Assembly (NCBI GenBank): GCA_965277285.1
Contig: OZ255721.1
Coordinates: 512,001-576,000 of the forward strand
DNA: 64,000 nt
Direction of reading: 5' to 3'
Origin: Abditibacteriaceae bacterium
GTDB lineage: Bacteria > Armatimonadota > Abditibacteriia > Abditibacteriales > Abditibacteriaceae
Within the stretch, counting starts at the first letter, position 1; every line of letters begins with the position of its first letter. The translations under genes and the position numbers were made by a program. Positions 29,606 to 41,507 of the stretch are shown one piece after another. Below the pieces are notes generated by a model, which did no database searches, was not told the DNA's origin, and saw only the letters and a program-made list of their open reading frames with translations.

Positions 29606-31414
29606 ATGACACCGAACGGGATTTTTCAGATATTGCTATTCTTCGCGCTGATCGTGGCGGCGGCCAAGCCGCTGGGCACGTTCATGGCGAAGGTTTACGA
29701 AGGCGAACGGACGTTTTTGTCGCCGATTATGGGGCCGCTGGAACGCGCTTTCTACAAGATGTTCGGCGTCGATCCGAACGACGACATGCCGTGGACGACC
29801 TACACTTTTGCGGTGCTGGCGTTTAGCCTCGCCGGACTTGTTTTGACCTATGTTTTGCTGCGCGCGCAGGGCGCCTTGCCTTTCAATCCGTTGCACGTCG
29901 GCGCCAAGCAGATGACGCCCGATCTGGCGTTCAACACGGCGGCGAGCTTTACCACCAACACCAACTGGCAGGCGTATTCGCCCGAAGTCACGGTTTCGTA
30001 TTTCTCGAACATGGTCGCGCTGGCGATTCATAACTGGATGTCGGCGGCGGTCGGAATGGCCATTGCAATTGCCGTGGTGCGCGGTTTTGCGCGCCGTTCC
30101 AGCGAAGGCATCGGCAACTTCTGGGCGGATATGACGCGCTCGATTTTGTATATTTTGCTGCCTTTGTCGATCATCGGCGCTTTGTTCATGGTGCAGCAGG
30201 GCGTGCCGCAAAACTTCAATTACACGACGGTCACGACGCTCGAAGGCGCGTCGCAGAACATCATGCAAGGGCCGGTCGCTTCGCAGGAAATCATCAAGAT
30301 GCTGGGCACCAATGGCGGCGGATTTTTCAACGCGAACTCGGCGCATCCCTTTGAAAACCCGACGCCTTTGTCGAACTTGTTCCAGATGTTTCTGATTTTC
30401 CTGATTCCTGGCGCGCTGACTTACACCTTCGGCAAAATGGTCGGCAACACGCGGCAAGGTTGGGCGCTGTTTGGCGCGATGAGCGTGCTGTTTCTGGCGG
30501 GCGTCGGCGTTTGCTACAAGTTTGAGGCGGCGGGCAACCCGCAAACCGCCAAGATGGGCTTGATGACGGACGCTTCGAGTACTCAACCCGGCGGCAATAT
30601 GGAAGGCAAGGAAACGCGCTTCGGCATTGCGAATTCGGCCTTATTTGCGACTGTCACGACCGACGCGTCCTGCGGCGCGGTCAACGCGATGCACGATTCG
30701 TTCACGCCGATGGGCGGCCTGGTTCCGCTGGCCAACATGAAAACCGGCGAAGTTATTTTCGGCGGCGTCGGCGCGGGACTGTACGGCATCTTGATGTATG
30801 CGGTTTTGGGCGTCTTCATCGCGGGCTTGATGGTCGGACGCACTCCCGAATATCTGGGCAAGAAAATCGAGCAATACGAAGTCAAAATGGCGATGCTGGC
30901 GACGCTCGTTTTGGCGGGCTGCACGCTGGGTTTCACCGCTCTTGGCACCAACCTCGATTTGCCCAAAGACGGCGCGATGGGTTCGCTCAATACGTGGCAG
31001 GGCAGCTCCTATGGCGGAACCAATACCAGTTATGGCGCGATGTATAACAACGTCAACAACAACGGGCCGCACGGTCTGTCCGAAGTGTTGTACGCCTACA
31101 CCTCGGCGACCGCTAACAACGGTTCGGCTTTCGCGGGCATCACGGCCAACACGCCAATTTACAACGCGACGATTGGTCTGGCCACCCTCATCGGGCGCTT
31201 TCTGATGATTATCCCGTTGCTGGCGATGGCGGGCAGTCTGGCGCGCAAAAAGTTTGTGCCAGCTTCAGCGGGAACATTGCCGACCGATACCAGCACCTTT
31301 GCGCTGCTGCTGGTCGGCGTGATTATCATCATCGGCGCACTGACGTATTTTCCGGTTTTGTCGCTCGGCCCCATCGTGGAGCATTTGCAGATGGCGGCGG
31401 GAAAATCGTTTTAA
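29606..31414 (+). CDS. kdpA: K+-transporting ATPase subunit A
   Basis: [43 protein letters not shown]. Confidence 0.98.
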   Translation: MTPNGIFQILLFFALIVAAAKPLGTFMAKVYEGERTFLSPIMGPLERAFYKMFGVDPNDDMPWTTYTFAVLAFSLAGLVLTYVLLRAQGALPFNPLHVGAKQMTPDLAFNTAASFTTNTNWQAYSPEVTVSYFSNMVALAIHNWMSAAVGMAIAIAVVRGFARRSSEGIGNFWADMTRSILYILLPLSIIGALFMVQQGVPQNFNYTTVTTLEGASQNIMQGPVASQEIIKMLGTNGGGFFNANSAHPFENPTPLSNLFQMFLIFLIPGALTYTFGKMVGNTRQGWALFGAMSVLFLAGVGVCYKFEAAGNPQTAKMGLMTDASSTQPGGNMEGKETRFGIANSALFATVTTDASCGAVNAMHDSFTPMGGLVPLANMKTGEVIFGGVGAGLYGILMYAVLGVFIAGLMVGRTPEYLGKKIEQYEVKMAMLATLVLAGCTLGFTALGTNLDLPKDGAMGSLNTWQGSSYGGTNTSYGAMYNNVNNNGPHGLSEVLYAYTSATANNGSAFAGITANTPIYNATIGLATLIGRFLMIIPLLAMAGSLARKKFVPASAGTLPTDTSTFALLLVGVIIIIGALTYFPVLSLGPIVEHLQMAAGKSF

Positions 31415-31431
31415 GCCAATCGAGTACTCGA

Positions 31432-31559
31432 GCCAGCGATTGAAATCGCGGCTGGCGAGCCTGTCGGCTGACTGTCCGCCTACGCGGACATTTGGATGAT
31501 GTCCACGAAGGTGGACAGTTGGCACAAAGCGCCGTTCAGACGCGATTTCAATCGCTGGC
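31432..31559. repeat. REPIN-like composite between kdpA and kdpB
   Basis: Outer GCCAGCGATTGAAATCGCG / CGCGATTTCAATCGCTGGC; inner TGTCCGCCTACGCGGACA and TGTCCACGAAGGTGGACA palindromes. Confidence 0.8.
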
Positions 31560-31579
31560 ATCAATAAAGGAAAACAACA

Positions 31580-33712
31580 ATGGCGACATTTACACCCATG
31601 TCTCCCGAAACAATTCAAACCGCGCCTTCGGATGGCGGTTCGCCGCGCCCTCGCCGTTCCAGTTCGCTGTTCGACCCGAACATCATTCGCCGCGCTCTGG
31701 GCGATGCCGTGCGCAAGCTCGATCCGCGCCAGGTCGCCAAAAATCCGGTCATGTTCGTGGTCGAAATCGGCAGCATCGTGACGACGTTCTACTTCATCAA
31801 AGACCTGATGACGCACGCGCCCGATGTGGCTTTCGTCGGTCAAACCACGATGTGGCTGTGGTTCACGGTTTTGTTCGCCAACTTCGCCGAAGCGATGGCC
31901 GAAGGTCGCGGAAAAGCCCAGGCCGACACCTTGCGCAAGGCCAAAACCGAAACTTCGGCGCGCAAGCTGGCCGAACCCGATGTCAACAGCACGCGCGAGG
32001 AAAGCGTCAACGCGACGCAACTGCGCAAAGGCGACATGGTGGTTTGCGAAGCGGGCGACATCATCCCGGGCGACGGCGAAGTCATCGCGGGCGTTGCCTC
32101 AGTCGATGAATCGGCGATCACCGGCGAAAGCGCGCCCGTCATCCGCGAAAGCGGCGGCGACCGTTCAGCTGTCACGGGCGGCACCAAAGTTTTGTCGGAT
32201 CGCGTCGTGATTCAAATCACCAGCAACCCGGGCGAAAGTTTCATCGACCGCATGATCGCGCTCGTTGAAGGCGCGCAACGCCAGAAAACGCCGAACGAAA
32301 TCGCGCTCTCGATTTTGCTCGCCGGTTTGACCATCATCTTCTTGTTCGCCGTCGTGACGCTGCTGCCCTTCGCCAATTACAGCGTGCGCAGCGCGGGCAG
32401 CGGACACGTGCCGTCGATCACGATTTTGGTCGCGCTGCTGGTCTGCCTGATTCCGACCACAATCGGCGGTTTGTTGAGCGCCATTGGCATCGCGGGCATG
32501 GACAGAGTGATGCAGCACAACGTGCTGGCGATGAGCGGCAAAGCCGTCGAAGCGGCGGGCGATGTCAACACGCTGCTGCTCGACAAAACCGGAACGATCA
32601 CGCTGGGCAACCGCCAGGCGGCGGAGTTTATTCCTATGCCTGGCGTCGAAATCAACGAACTGGCGAACGCGGCGCAATTGTCTTCACTCGCCGATGAAAC
32701 GCCGGAAGGCCGCTCGATTGTGGTTTTGGCGAAGGAAAAATACGGCTTGCGTGGCCGCGAACTGAGCGACCGCGAAGCCGAGTTCATTCCTTTCACGGCG
32801 CAGACGCGCATGAGCGGCGTCAACATTGACGGGATGCAGGTGCGCAAAGGCGCGGGCGATTCGGTCAAAGCGTGGGTTGTCGAGCAGGGCGGACACATTC
32901 CCAACGAATTGGACGAAGTGACGACGCGCATCTCGAAAATCGGCGGCACGCCTCTGGTTGTGGCCTTGAACGATAAAGCTCTGGGCGTCATTTACCTGAA
33001 GGACATCGTGAAAGGCGGCATGCGCGAGCGCTTCGATCAACTGCGCTCGATGGGCATCAAAACCATCATGATCACGGGCGACAATCCTTTGACGGCTAAA
33101 GCGATTGCCGAAGAAGCGGGCGTCGATGATTTTCTGGCGCAGGCCACGCCCGAAGCGAAAATGGCGCTCATCAAAGCCGAACAAGCCGGTGGGAAACTGG
33201 TCGCCATGACGGGCGATGGCACCAACGACGCGCCCGCTCTCGCGCAGGCCGACGTGGGCGTGGCGATGAATACGGGAACGCAGGCCGCCAAAGAAGCCGG
33301 CAACATGGTCGATCTGGATTCCAACCCGACCAAGTTGATCGAAGTCGTCGAAATCGGCAAGCAGTTGCTGATGACGCGCGGCGCCTTGACGACGTTTTCG
33401 ATTGCCAACGACGTGGCGAAATACTTCGCCATCATCCCCGCGATGTTTGCGGGCACCTATCCCGAACTGAGCCGCTTGAACATCATGGGTTTGAGCAATC
33501 CGTATTCGGCGGTCTTGTCGGCGGTCATTTTCAACGCGCTGATTATTATCGCCTTGATTCCGCTGGCCTTGCGCGGCGTGAGTTACAAACCGATGGGCGC
33601 CGTTCAAACCCTGCGTCGCAACCTGCTCATTTACGGCGTCGGCGGCCTGATTGCGCCCTTCCCCGCGATCTGGATTATTGATCGAGTACTCGTTACGCTG
33701 CACCTGGCTTAA
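31580..33712 (+). CDS. kdpB: K+-transporting ATPase subunit B
   Basis: [28 protein letters not shown]. Confidence 0.98.
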   Translation: MATFTPMSPETIQTAPSDGGSPRPRRSSSLFDPNIIRRALGDAVRKLDPRQVAKNPVMFVVEIGSIVTTFYFIKDLMTHAPDVAFVGQTTMWLWFTVLFANFAEAMAEGRGKAQADTLRKAKTETSARKLAEPDVNSTREESVNATQLRKGDMVVCEAGDIIPGDGEVIAGVASVDESAITGESAPVIRESGGDRSAVTGGTKVLSDRVVIQITSNPGESFIDRMIALVEGAQRQKTPNEIALSILLAGLTIIFLFAVVTLLPFANYSVRSAGSGHVPSITILVALLVCLIPTTIGGLLSAIGIAGMDRVMQHNVLAMSGKAVEAAGDVNTLLLDKTGTITLGNRQAAEFIPMPGVEINELANAAQLSSLADETPEGRSIVVLAKEKYGLRGRELSDREAEFIPFTAQTRMSGVNIDGMQVRKGAGDSVKAWVVEQGGHIPNELDEVTTRISKIGGTPLVVALNDKALGVIYLKDIVKGGMRERFDQLRSMGIKTIMITGDNPLTAKAIAEEAGVDDFLAQATPEAKMALIKAEQAGGKLVAMTGDGTNDAPALAQADVGVAMNTGTQAAKEAGNMVDLDSNPTKLIEVVEIGKQLLMTRGALTTFSIANDVAKYFAIIPAMFAGTYPELSRLNIMGLSNPYSAVLSAVIFNALIIIALIPLALRGVSYKPMGAVQTLRRNLLIYGVGGLIAPFPAIWIIDRVLVTLHLA

Positions 33713-33721
33713 AAACGGATG

Positions 33722-33794
33722 GAAGAGGGCAACCACAAGGGTTGCCCCTACCGATGAATTCCATGTAGGGGTAACCCTTGTGGTTGCCCTCTTC
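33722..33794. repeat. GTAG-type REP doublet GTAGGGG(C/T)AACCCTTGTGGTTGCCC
   Basis: Inverted pair between kdpB and kdpC. Confidence 0.8.
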
Positions 33795-33832
33795 AGCCCA
33801 TTGACCTTCGCTTAAAATCTCAAGGAAACCTC

Positions 33833-34489
33833 ATGTTGAAACAACTTCGTCCCGCCATCGCCAGCGTTCTGGCCATCACCATTCTGACGGGCTTGATTTT
33901 CCCACTTCTCATCACCGCGATTTCGCAAGTCGTCTTTCCGCATCAGGCGAACGGCAGCCTGATCGAAGTCAATGGCAAAACGGTCGGCTCGCAACTGATC
34001 GGGCAAAACTTCACCGCGCCCGGATATTTTCATCCGCGCCCTTCGGCTGCCGGAAACGGCTACGACGCCGCCAATTCGAGCGGCACCAACCTGGGGCCGA
34101 CCAGCGACAAACTTTTGAACGGCATTCACAAGAAGCTGGCGAACGGCAAAGACGATCCGGGCAACTTCGACGGCATCAAAGATTTGACGGATGCGTATCG
34201 CAAAGAAAACAACATGGGCGCGGGCGACCTCGTTCCGCCGGACGCCGTGACACGTTCAGCCAGCGGACTGGATTCGGAAATCAGTCCGGCCAACGCCGCT
34301 TTGCAAGTCAAGCGCGTCGCCGCACAGCGCGGCCTGAGTGCCGAACAAGTGCAAGCGTTGGTTGATGAAAATACAGCGGGGCGCCAGTTGGGAATCTTGG
34401 GCGAACCACGCGTCAATGTCTTGACGTTGAACATCGCGCTCGACAAAGCCGCGCCAGGCAAAGCTGGCCCTATCGTGAAATCGTCCTAA
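33833..34489 (+). CDS. kdpC: K+-transporting ATPase subunit C
   Basis: QANGSL, GSQLIGQ, YFHPRPSA, SASGLD, GEPRVNVL.LN. Confidence 0.97.
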   Translation: MLKQLRPAIASVLAITILTGLIFPLLITAISQVVFPHQANGSLIEVNGKTVGSQLIGQNFTAPGYFHPRPSAAGNGYDAANSSGTNLGPTSDKLLNGIHKKLANGKDDPGNFDGIKDLTDAYRKENNMGAGDLVPPDAVTRSASGLDSEISPANAALQVKRVAAQRGLSAEQVQALVDENTAGRQLGILGEPRVNVLTLNIALDKAAPGKAGPIVKSS

Positions 34490-34491
34490 AT

Positions 34492-34598
34492 CGTAGGGGC
34501 TTGGCGCGCCAAGCCCGCGTAATTTGCCGCTTGTTTAACAATTGCGGATTGTTCAATTCGGGCTTGATGCGCGGGCTTGGCACGCCAAGCCCCTACGG
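34492..34598. repeat. GTAG-type REP doublet (same family as 800-870)
   Basis: GTAGGGGCTTGGCGCGCCAAGCCC ... GGGCTTGGCACGCCAAGCCCCTAC. Confidence 0.85.
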
Positions 34599-34637
34599 TT
34601 CGCCAATCGAGTACTCGAAACGCAACAAAGGAACGAC

Positions 34638-34826
34638 ATGACCGGGCCGCTTGAATTGATGACGCGAGGTCAGCAGGCGTTTATCTGCATCGGTCTCTTC
34701 GTCATCTTGGTCGTTTTGCAATATCTTCCCCGACGAAAGTCATCCGGCCAAACGAAGCGCCAGACGAAGCGCCAGCAACCTCTCGATACTTCGCAGCCGC
34801 CTTCCTGGTGGGAAGATTGGGAGTGA
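34638..34826 (+). CDS. Small single-TM hypothetical protein
   Basis: AAGGA RBS; hydrophobic helix then basic tail, ends WWEDWE. Confidence 0.5.
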   Translation: MTGPLELMTRGQQAFICIGLFVILVVLQYLPRRKSSGQTKRQTKRQQPLDTSQPPSWWEDWE

Positions 34827-34976
34827 CATTTGGCGCAGTCAGCTTCAAAAGACGGCAAGAACTTCAGGTGGCGTAAGCCCAGGTTTAGAGAAGCGAGTTT
34901 TTGGACTCTGGTTATAATTTCCGTTTGGCCGGTGAAATTTGTATCATGGCAATGAAGTTTGGTGCGGCACAATTTT

Positions 34977-36527
34977 ATGAATCACGATGGCCTCAACGTC
35001 ACCCAATTTTTCTGGCTGCTGTTGATCTCCTTTGGGGTGGCGTTGCTCGCGCGGCGCTTGCGCGTGCCGTATGCTTTGGCGCTCGTCGTCACAGGCTTGT
35101 TGATCGGCATCCCTCGTTTGATGCCGCAGGCGCATCTCGAGCCACACCTGCTGTTCACCGTGTTTCTGCCGCCTTTGTTGTTCGAGTCGGCGATCCATCT
35201 GCGCCTGGATGCGCTGCGCCGCGATTGGAAGCCGATTGCGATTTACACGCTATTCGGCACGATCTTCTCGACTTTCATCGTGGGCGGCTTGATGGCGTGG
35301 CTCTTGAAGTTGCCGCTTCCCGTCGCGCTGGTTTTTGGAGCCTTGATTTCGGCGACCGATCCGATTTCGGTTATCGCGATCTTCAAGCGATTGGGCGCGG
35401 GACGGCGCTTGACGCTCATTATGGAAGCCGAAAGCTTGTTCAACGATGGCGTGGCGGTCGTGCTGTTCACGGTTTTGTTGGGCGTGGCGCTGGGCGGGAC
35501 GGCTTCGTGGGCGTTGGGATTGGGTCAGTTCGTGCGGTTGGTTGTGGGCGGCGTTCTTCTGGGAGTCGCGATTGGCGCGATGGCTTCGCGCGTTCATCTG
35601 GAACTGGACGACCATCTGGTGGAAATCACGCTGACGACTGTGGTGGCGTTTGGCGCTTATCTGGGCGCCGAAGCCTTGCATCTTTCGGGCGTGGTCGCTG
35701 TTGTTTCGGCGGGACTGACAATCGGCAATTTCGGCCAGACGGCGATGTCTCCGAGTACTCGATTGGCGGTCACGGCGTTCTGGGAATACGCGGGCTTCGT
35801 CGTCAATTCGCTGGTCTTTTTGCTGGTGGGAATCGAGGTCGTTTATGTCAACTGGACGGACAAGTTCGGCGTGGCGCTCGTTGCGTCGCTGATTGTTCTG
35901 GCCGGACGCGCCGCGATTTATCCACTGACCTTCGTGGTCAACCGCGTGGGTGGCGAAGTGCCGCGCGCCTGGCGACATATTTTGTTCTGGGGCGGCTTGC
36001 GCGGCGCGCTTTCGATGGCGCTGGTCTTGGGGCTGCCCGCAAATTTCCCGCAGCGCGACACTCTCGTGGCCGCGACTTTCGGCGTCGTCTTGTTTTCCTT
36101 GCTGGTGCAGGGGCTTTCCATCGGAACGCTGTTGCAACGCTTGGGATTGTCGGCGCCTGGCGTCCTCAGTCCGCGTGGCAATCAGCGCCTGGCCAGTGAA
36201 ATTGCGGCAATACGCGTCGCGCTGGCGCATTTAGAACAAATGCGGATGAGCGAAACCCATCCGCCGTGGATTATCGAAACGCTGACGCATGATTACGAGC
36301 GCCGTCTAACGCTGTTAAATCCGTCGGCGGAAGGGATGCAGCCGCAAGACGGTTTGAGGGAAGAAAAACAAGCCGCTGAAGTACGCAGCCTGATTTTGGC
36401 GGCAGAGAAAAGCTCTTATCAGGACGCCGAGCGACAGGGACTTTTGGAAGAAGAAGACTGGCGCCGCATCGCCGAGCGCATTGATGCCGAATTGTTGGCC
36501 TTGAAACTAAAGCTTATGGCGCCTTGA
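34977..36527 (+). CDS. CPA1 family cation/H+ antiporter (NhaP type)
   Basis: FLPPLLFE, ATDPISV, ESLFNDG, GGLRGALS. Confidence 0.93.
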   Translation: MNHDGLNVTQFFWLLLISFGVALLARRLRVPYALALVVTGLLIGIPRLMPQAHLEPHLLFTVFLPPLLFESAIHLRLDALRRDWKPIAIYTLFGTIFSTFIVGGLMAWLLKLPLPVALVFGALISATDPISVIAIFKRLGAGRRLTLIMEAESLFNDGVAVVLFTVLLGVALGGTASWALGLGQFVRLVVGGVLLGVAIGAMASRVHLELDDHLVEITLTTVVAFGAYLGAEALHLSGVVAVVSAGLTIGNFGQTAMSPSTRLAVTAFWEYAGFVVNSLVFLLVGIEVVYVNWTDKFGVALVASLIVLAGRAAIYPLTFVVNRVGGEVPRAWRHILFWGGLRGALSMALVLGLPANFPQRDTLVAATFGVVLFSLLVQGLSIGTLLQRLGLSAPGVLSPRGNQRLASEIAAIRVALAHLEQMRMSETHPPWIIETLTHDYERRLTLLNPSAEGMQPQDGLREEKQAAEVRSLILAAEKSSYQDAERQGLLEEEDWRRIAERIDAELLALKLKLMAP

Positions 36528-36554
36528 GCGCACCAATCTCACGAATTACTTGCC

Positions 36555-38501
36555 ATGCAATTTTCTTTGCGTCGTTTACTGATCGGCGATCCGCTGCGCA
36601 CCGAGCAAGCCGGTCATCAAAAGCTGTCGAACCTGCTGGCGCTGCCGGTTTTCGCGTCCGATGCCCTGTCGTCGGTGGCTTTTGCGACGGAAGAAATTAT
36701 GGCGGCGCTGCTGGTCGCGGGCGCTGGAACTTTCGGCTTGACGCCGTGGCTCAGCTTGGGCATCGTGCTTCTACTGGCGATTGTCACGGTTTCCTATCAG
36801 CAAACCATCACGGCTTATCCCGGTGGCGGCGGGGCTTACACAGTCGCGGGCGCGAATCTGGGTTCGCTGGCCGGACGCAGCGCGGGCGCGGCCTTGCTCA
36901 TCGACTATGTGCTGAACGCCGCCGTTTGTGCCAGTGCGGGCGCCGCAGCAGTCACTTCGCTGGCCTTGAATTATGGCCATCATTGGGAACGTTTCATGGT
37001 GCCGATTGCCATTGGCTTCATCGTGTTTATAGCGATCATCAACCTGCGCGGCGTGCGCGAAAGCGGGGCGATTTTCGCGGTTCCGGTTTATGGATTCCTC
37101 GTCGTCATGTTCGCCTTGATCGGTGTTGGCTTGTGGAAGTATATGGGCGGAACCTTGATTCCGGCGCACTCGATGGCCGAGTTGCAGGCGGCGCGCGTTG
37201 CGGACGAACATAACGCCACGTCCACTCTGGTGCCGCTCGGATTGTTCTTGTTGCTCCACGCTTTCTCGTCCGGTTGCACGGCTTTGACCGGCGTCGAAGC
37301 GATCTCCAATGGCGTGTCGGCTTTCAAAGACCCGGCGCCCAAGAACGCGCGCATCACGATGATTTGGATGGCGTGTTTACTGGGTTCGATTTTTCTGGGC
37401 TTGAGCTATTTGGCTTCCAAAGCCGGAACGCTGCCGCCCAATGCCCAGGGTTACGAAGAAACCGTGTTGTCGCAGGTCGCTCGCGTCGTCTTTGGAACGG
37501 GGCCGCTATATTTCGTGGTGCAATTTGCGACGTGCGCGATTCTCATTTTGTCGGCCAACACGTCTTTCGCCGATTTCCCGCGCCTGAGTTCGCTGATGGC
37601 GCGCGACGGTTTGCTGCCGCGCCAGTTGGCCAACATCGGCGACAAGCTGGTTTTCGACCGTGGCATCGTCGTCTTAGCTTTGGCCTCTGTTTTTCTGGTG
37701 ATTCTTTTTGGTGGCAGCGTTCACGCCCTGATTCCGCTTTTCGCCATCGGTGTGTTCCTCAGTTTCACGCTCAGTCAGGCGGGCATGGTGCGGCGCTGGA
37801 TGAGAAATCGCGCGCCGGGCTGGAAACTCAAGGCGTTCACCAATGGTCTGGGCGCCTTTGTGACAGGCGTGGTGACCGTTGTCTTTGGCATTGTAAAGTT
37901 CACCAGCGGCGCCTGGGTTGTCGTGCTTTTGATTCCGCTGCTGGTTTTGTTGCTGAGCGTCATTCGGCGCCATTATGTCAGTGCAGAAAAACAGTTGCAT
38001 CTCACCGGCCCGACGCCTTCGGTCGAGATGCAGCATCACGTTTTGGTGCTGGTGTCCGATCTTCATAAAGGCATTCTGCCGGCTTTGCACTATGCGCGCT
38101 CGATGTCGGGGAAAGTCGAGGCGCTGCACATCGGCATCAGTTCGCGCCGCGTCGAGTTTCTGCGCGAACACTGGAGTCACTACGCGGGAGGCGTGCCTCT
38201 TGTCGTCCTCGATTCGCCTTATCGGGAATTGGTCAATCCAGTACTCGATTATATCGACGGCCTGCAAAAACAAACGCCCCATTGTCTGGTGACCGTTGTC
38301 ATTCCCGAAGCGCTGACTGGCAACTGGCTGACCGATTTGCTGCACGGGCAAGCCGGTATTCGCTTGCTATGGCCGCTGCGCTCCAAACGCGGCGTGATCG
38401 CTACGCACGTTCCTTATCACATCAAACCTTTTGTGAAATTGGATTTTGATGACGAATCGCCCGCGCACCAAGTAGAAACGAGCGATCAAGGACTTTCATG
38501 A
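36555..38501 (+). CDS. APC family permease, KimA/YdaO-like
   Basis: FASDALSSVAFATEE, SYQQTI.AYP.GGG.Y, NLRGVRESG, TGVEAISNG; cytoplasmic C-domain SPYR. Confidence 0.85.
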   Translation: MQFSLRRLLIGDPLRTEQAGHQKLSNLLALPVFASDALSSVAFATEEIMAALLVAGAGTFGLTPWLSLGIVLLLAIVTVSYQQTITAYPGGGGAYTVAGANLGSLAGRSAGAALLIDYVLNAAVCASAGAAAVTSLALNYGHHWERFMVPIAIGFIVFIAIINLRGVRESGAIFAVPVYGFLVVMFALIGVGLWKYMGGTLIPAHSMAELQAARVADEHNATSTLVPLGLFLLLHAFSSGCTALTGVEAISNGVSAFKDPAPKNARITMIWMACLLGSIFLGLSYLASKAGTLPPNAQGYEETVLSQVARVVFGTGPLYFVVQFATCAILILSANTSFADFPRLSSLMARDGLLPRQLANIGDKLVFDRGIVVLALASVFLVILFGGSVHALIPLFAIGVFLSFTLSQAGMVRRWMRNRAPGWKLKAFTNGLGAFVTGVVTVVFGIVKFTSGAWVVVLLIPLLVLLLSVIRRHYVSAEKQLHLTGPTPSVEMQHHVLVLVSDLHKGILPALHYARSMSGKVEALHIGISSRRVEFLREHWSHYAGGVPLVVLDSPYRELVNPVLDYIDGLQKQTPHCLVTVVIPEALTGNWLTDLLHGQAGIRLLWPLRSKRGVIATHVPYHIKPFVKLDFDDESPAHQVETSDQGLS

Positions 38502-40336
38502 GAAGCCTCCGCAAACAACTTTTTTTCAGTCACCTCGCGCTGGTTGCTCTGATGGCGCTGGTGATGCTGGGCGCGATCATCAACTTCCTGCGCCTGGGGC
38601 TTTCGATTGACCACATCCTGCGCGACAACTACAAAAGCGTCATCGCCGCGCAAAATATGAAGGAATCGCTGGAGCGCATCGACAGTTCGACGCAGTTTTT
38701 CTTAGCCGGAGAAACCCAACTCGCGCGCACTCAATACAAGCAAAACCTGCCACTTTTCCAGAGCGCTTATAACGTGGAAGCCAACAACATCACCGAAGTT
38801 GGCGAGCAGCAATTGGCCGATGCGATTGGGGGCGGTTTCAAAACTTACAGCCGCGACGCCGAAAGTTTGTTGTTCGGCGCAACTTTGTCTGCCGCGCAAA
38901 AACGCGATTATTATTTTCATCGCCTCGCGCCTCAATTCCTGGCTTTGAAAGACCAGGCGCAACGAGTACTCGATGTGAACCAGGCGGCGATTCTGCGCGC
39001 CGACGCCCGCGCGCGTTCTCAAGCGCGACAGGGAATGTGGATCGGCATCCTGATGACGCTGACGGCGCTTGGCCTCGCACTGATTTTCGCGCGCACCGCC
39101 ATCAACGCCTCGCTGACGCCTTTGGGTGCTCTGGCGCAGGGCGCGGAAGAAATCGGCGCCGGACACTTGAACCGTCGCATCGAACTGCATCGCGCCGATG
39201 AAATCGGGTTGCTGGCGCAATCGTTCAACGGCATGGCGGAAAAGCTGCGCGAGGCGCGTCGCGTCGAACAGCAACGCTTGCATCGCGCTCAACAAATGTC
39301 GGACGCCGCGCTGGAAAGTTTGTACGATCCCGTGATCGTGACCGATGCGCTGGGCAGCGTGGTGCATTTCAATCCCGCCGCGGAGCGTTTGTTCGGTTCG
39401 GCCAAAGACGCGACCGGAAAACCGATTGCGCAAGTCGTCGGCGAAGAGCGCATCGCGCGCGCCATCGAACACGCCATCAAGCAAAAAGAAGTGACCGCCG
39501 AGGAAGAAGAAACCGCCTTTGTGCCGTTGCGCGTCGGCGAAGAGCAGCGTTCTTATCGCGTGCGCGCCACGCCGATGCGCGACGAAGACGCCTTGCTGGG
39601 TGCGGTTTTAGTACTCGAAGACGTGACGCACTTGCGCGAACTCAGCCGCCTGAAAAGCGAATTTATCGGCGTCGCCTCGCACGAATTGCGCACGCCCGTG
39701 ACATCGTTGTTGTTGTCGGCGCAGCTTTTAGAAGAAGGCGCAGCGGGCGCGTTGAACCCCGATCAGGCTGAAATCGTGGCCGCGCAACGCGAAGATTTGG
39801 GGCGCCTGGATCAACTGATGCGCGACTTGCTGGACATCACGCGCCTGGAATCGGGCACCACGCCGCCGCGCCTGGAGCCGACGCATCCGCGTGAACTGGC
39901 GCAGGAATCCTTCGATATGGTGCAAGCAGTGGCCAAGGGCAAAGGCGTCGCCTTGAAGATCGTCGCGCCCGACGATTTGCCCTGCGTGCGCGCCGACCGC
40001 GCGCAAATGGATCGCGTCCTCGTCAACCTTTTGAATAACGCCATTCGCCACACGCCGGAGGGAAAAGCCGTTCAAGTCGAAGTCGCGCGAGTGGATTCTT
40101 CCCCCGAATCGAAAGTGCGATTCCGCGTTTCCGATGAAGGCGAAGGCATTCCCGCCGAGTTTTTGGGGCGCATTTTTAGTCGTTTCGTGCAGGTTCCGGG
40201 CGCCACGCGCGGCGGCGTCGGTTTGGGTTTGTCCATCGCGCAAACCATTGTCAAAGCGCACGGAGGTGAGATCAAAGCCGACAGCGAGACAGGCAAAGGC
40301 AGTACCTTCTGGTTCGATTTGCCAGCCGAAATGTGA
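38498..40336 (+). CDS. Membrane sensor histidine kinase (4-helix sensor-HAMP-PAS-HisKA-HATPase)
   Basis: NYKSV, DEIG.LA..FN, ASHELRTP, NLLNNAIRH, GLGLSI. Confidence 0.93.
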   Translation: MRSLRKQLFFSHLALVALMALVMLGAIINFLRLGLSIDHILRDNYKSVIAAQNMKESLERIDSSTQFFLAGETQLARTQYKQNLPLFQSAYNVEANNITEVGEQQLADAIGGGFKTYSRDAESLLFGATLSAAQKRDYYFHRLAPQFLALKDQAQRVLDVNQAAILRADARARSQARQGMWIGILMTLTALGLALIFARTAINASLTPLGALAQGAEEIGAGHLNRRIELHRADEIGLLAQSFNGMAEKLREARRVEQQRLHRAQQMSDAALESLYDPVIVTDALGSVVHFNPAAERLFGSAKDATGKPIAQVVGEERIARAIEHAIKQKEVTAEEEETAFVPLRVGEEQRSYRVRATPMRDEDALLGAVLVLEDVTHLRELSRLKSEFIGVASHELRTPVTSLLLSAQLLEEGAAGALNPDQAEIVAAQREDLGRLDQLMRDLLDITRLESGTTPPRLEPTHPRELAQESFDMVQAVAKGKGVALKIVAPDDLPCVRADRAQMDRVLVNLLNNAIRHTPEGKAVQVEVARVDSSPESKVRFRVSDEGEGIPAEFLGRIFSRFVQVPGATRGGVGLGLSIAQTIVKAHGGEIKADSETGKGSTFWFDLPAEM

Positions 40337-40352
40337 AAAGCTGATTTGAAAT

Positions 40353-40635
40353 GGAACACGGAGCTTCGGACACAGATTGAACGGATGAACACGAATCGAA
40401 AATAGAGAAAAGATGAGATCGAGTACGGGATTTTCAAGATCTTGGCAGCATTTTGCAAAGCAGAAAACAGCACCAGAAACTCGCAGTTTGTCATTCTGAG
40501 CGCAGCGAAGAATCTAACTTCAGATATAGATTCTTCGCTGCGCTCAGAATGACAAACTCCAAGACCATGCAAAATCAGCTTCGATTTCGATCCGTGTTCA
40601 TCCGTTCAACCCATGGAGCAAAATTCCGTGTTCCC
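40353..40635. repeat. Composite: CACGGA-type arms enclosing TTTGCAA/G arms and TGTCATTCTGAGCG hairpin (copy 3, 40484-40558)
   Basis: Direct reading of nested inverted arms. Confidence 0.8.
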
Positions 40636-40677
40636 AATTTCGCAAGAGTTTCTGAAAAGTCGCAAGGAGTACTCGAG

Positions 40678-41472
40678 ATGTCTCATATTTTAGTGGTTGA
40701 TGACGAGAAGAACATTCGCAAGATGGTGCGCCTGACGCTGGAGCGCGCCGGTCATACATTGGAAATCGCCGAAGATGGCCAGCGTGCTCTGGAAATTTTC
40801 GGCGATGGCGCGGGCTGGGATTTGGTGTTGACCGACCAGCGCATGCCCGCCATGGAAGGCCGCGAAGTGACGCTTGAAATGCGACGCCGCGACCCTGCCG
40901 CGCGCATCGTGATGATGACGGCTTTCGCCACCGACGAACTGGCGGGTGAGATTTTGCGCGCCGGAGCCGTCGACTTTCTGCGCAAGCCTTTTTCCGCCGA
41001 CACCTTGCGCAGCGCGATTGCTGCGGCGTTGGCGCGCCCGCGCGAAGAATTGTCTCTGAAACTGGAAGACAATCAAAAAACCGCAACGCCGCCGCGCCCG
41101 ATGGCGATGCCAAACATTTCGTATTACCTGAACGGTTTCACGTATTGGCCTGTGCCACTTTTGGAAGACGAAGAGCGCGCCTATCATTCGTTTCCCGTGA
41201 CGCGCGCTTTTCTGGTGCAAACGCCGGGCGCTCATAATCAGCGGCGCGTGGTCGGCATTACCGCGCATGTTCAGGAAATAGCGAAAAAGGAAAGCGGTCT
41301 GGAATTGGAACCTGCGCACGCCGTCTGGGACACTTTGTGTCAGGGCATTTTCGCCAATTACCTGTGGGAAAACGCCGCTCTGCCGCCCGAAGTACTGCCC
41401 ATCTTTGAACTGACGAGCGCTCAATCGCATGCTTTGCGCACGCGCTCACGGTACAAGGACGAAGACGATTAA
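40678..41472 (+). CDS. Response regulator with unrecognised C-terminal domain
   Basis: LVVDDE, DQRMP, MMTAF, KPF; C-terminal NGF...ANYLWENAALP. Confidence 0.88.
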   Translation: MSHILVVDDEKNIRKMVRLTLERAGHTLEIAEDGQRALEIFGDGAGWDLVLTDQRMPAMEGREVTLEMRRRDPAARIVMMTAFATDELAGEILRAGAVDFLRKPFSADTLRSAIAAALARPREELSLKLEDNQKTATPPRPMAMPNISYYLNGFTYWPVPLLEDEERAYHSFPVTRAFLVQTPGAHNQRRVVGITAHVQEIAKKESGLELEPAHAVWDTLCQGIFANYLWENAALPPEVLPIFELTSAQSHALRTRSRYKDEDD

Positions 41473-41507
41473 ACTGGAGCAAAACACGCAATCAAGAAGG
41501 AAAAGTC

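Noticed and set aside
40453..40677. N-terminal extension of the response regulator (CHSERSEES...)
   Set aside because: It is a translation of the intergenic repeat; the receiver domain begins at ATG 40678.
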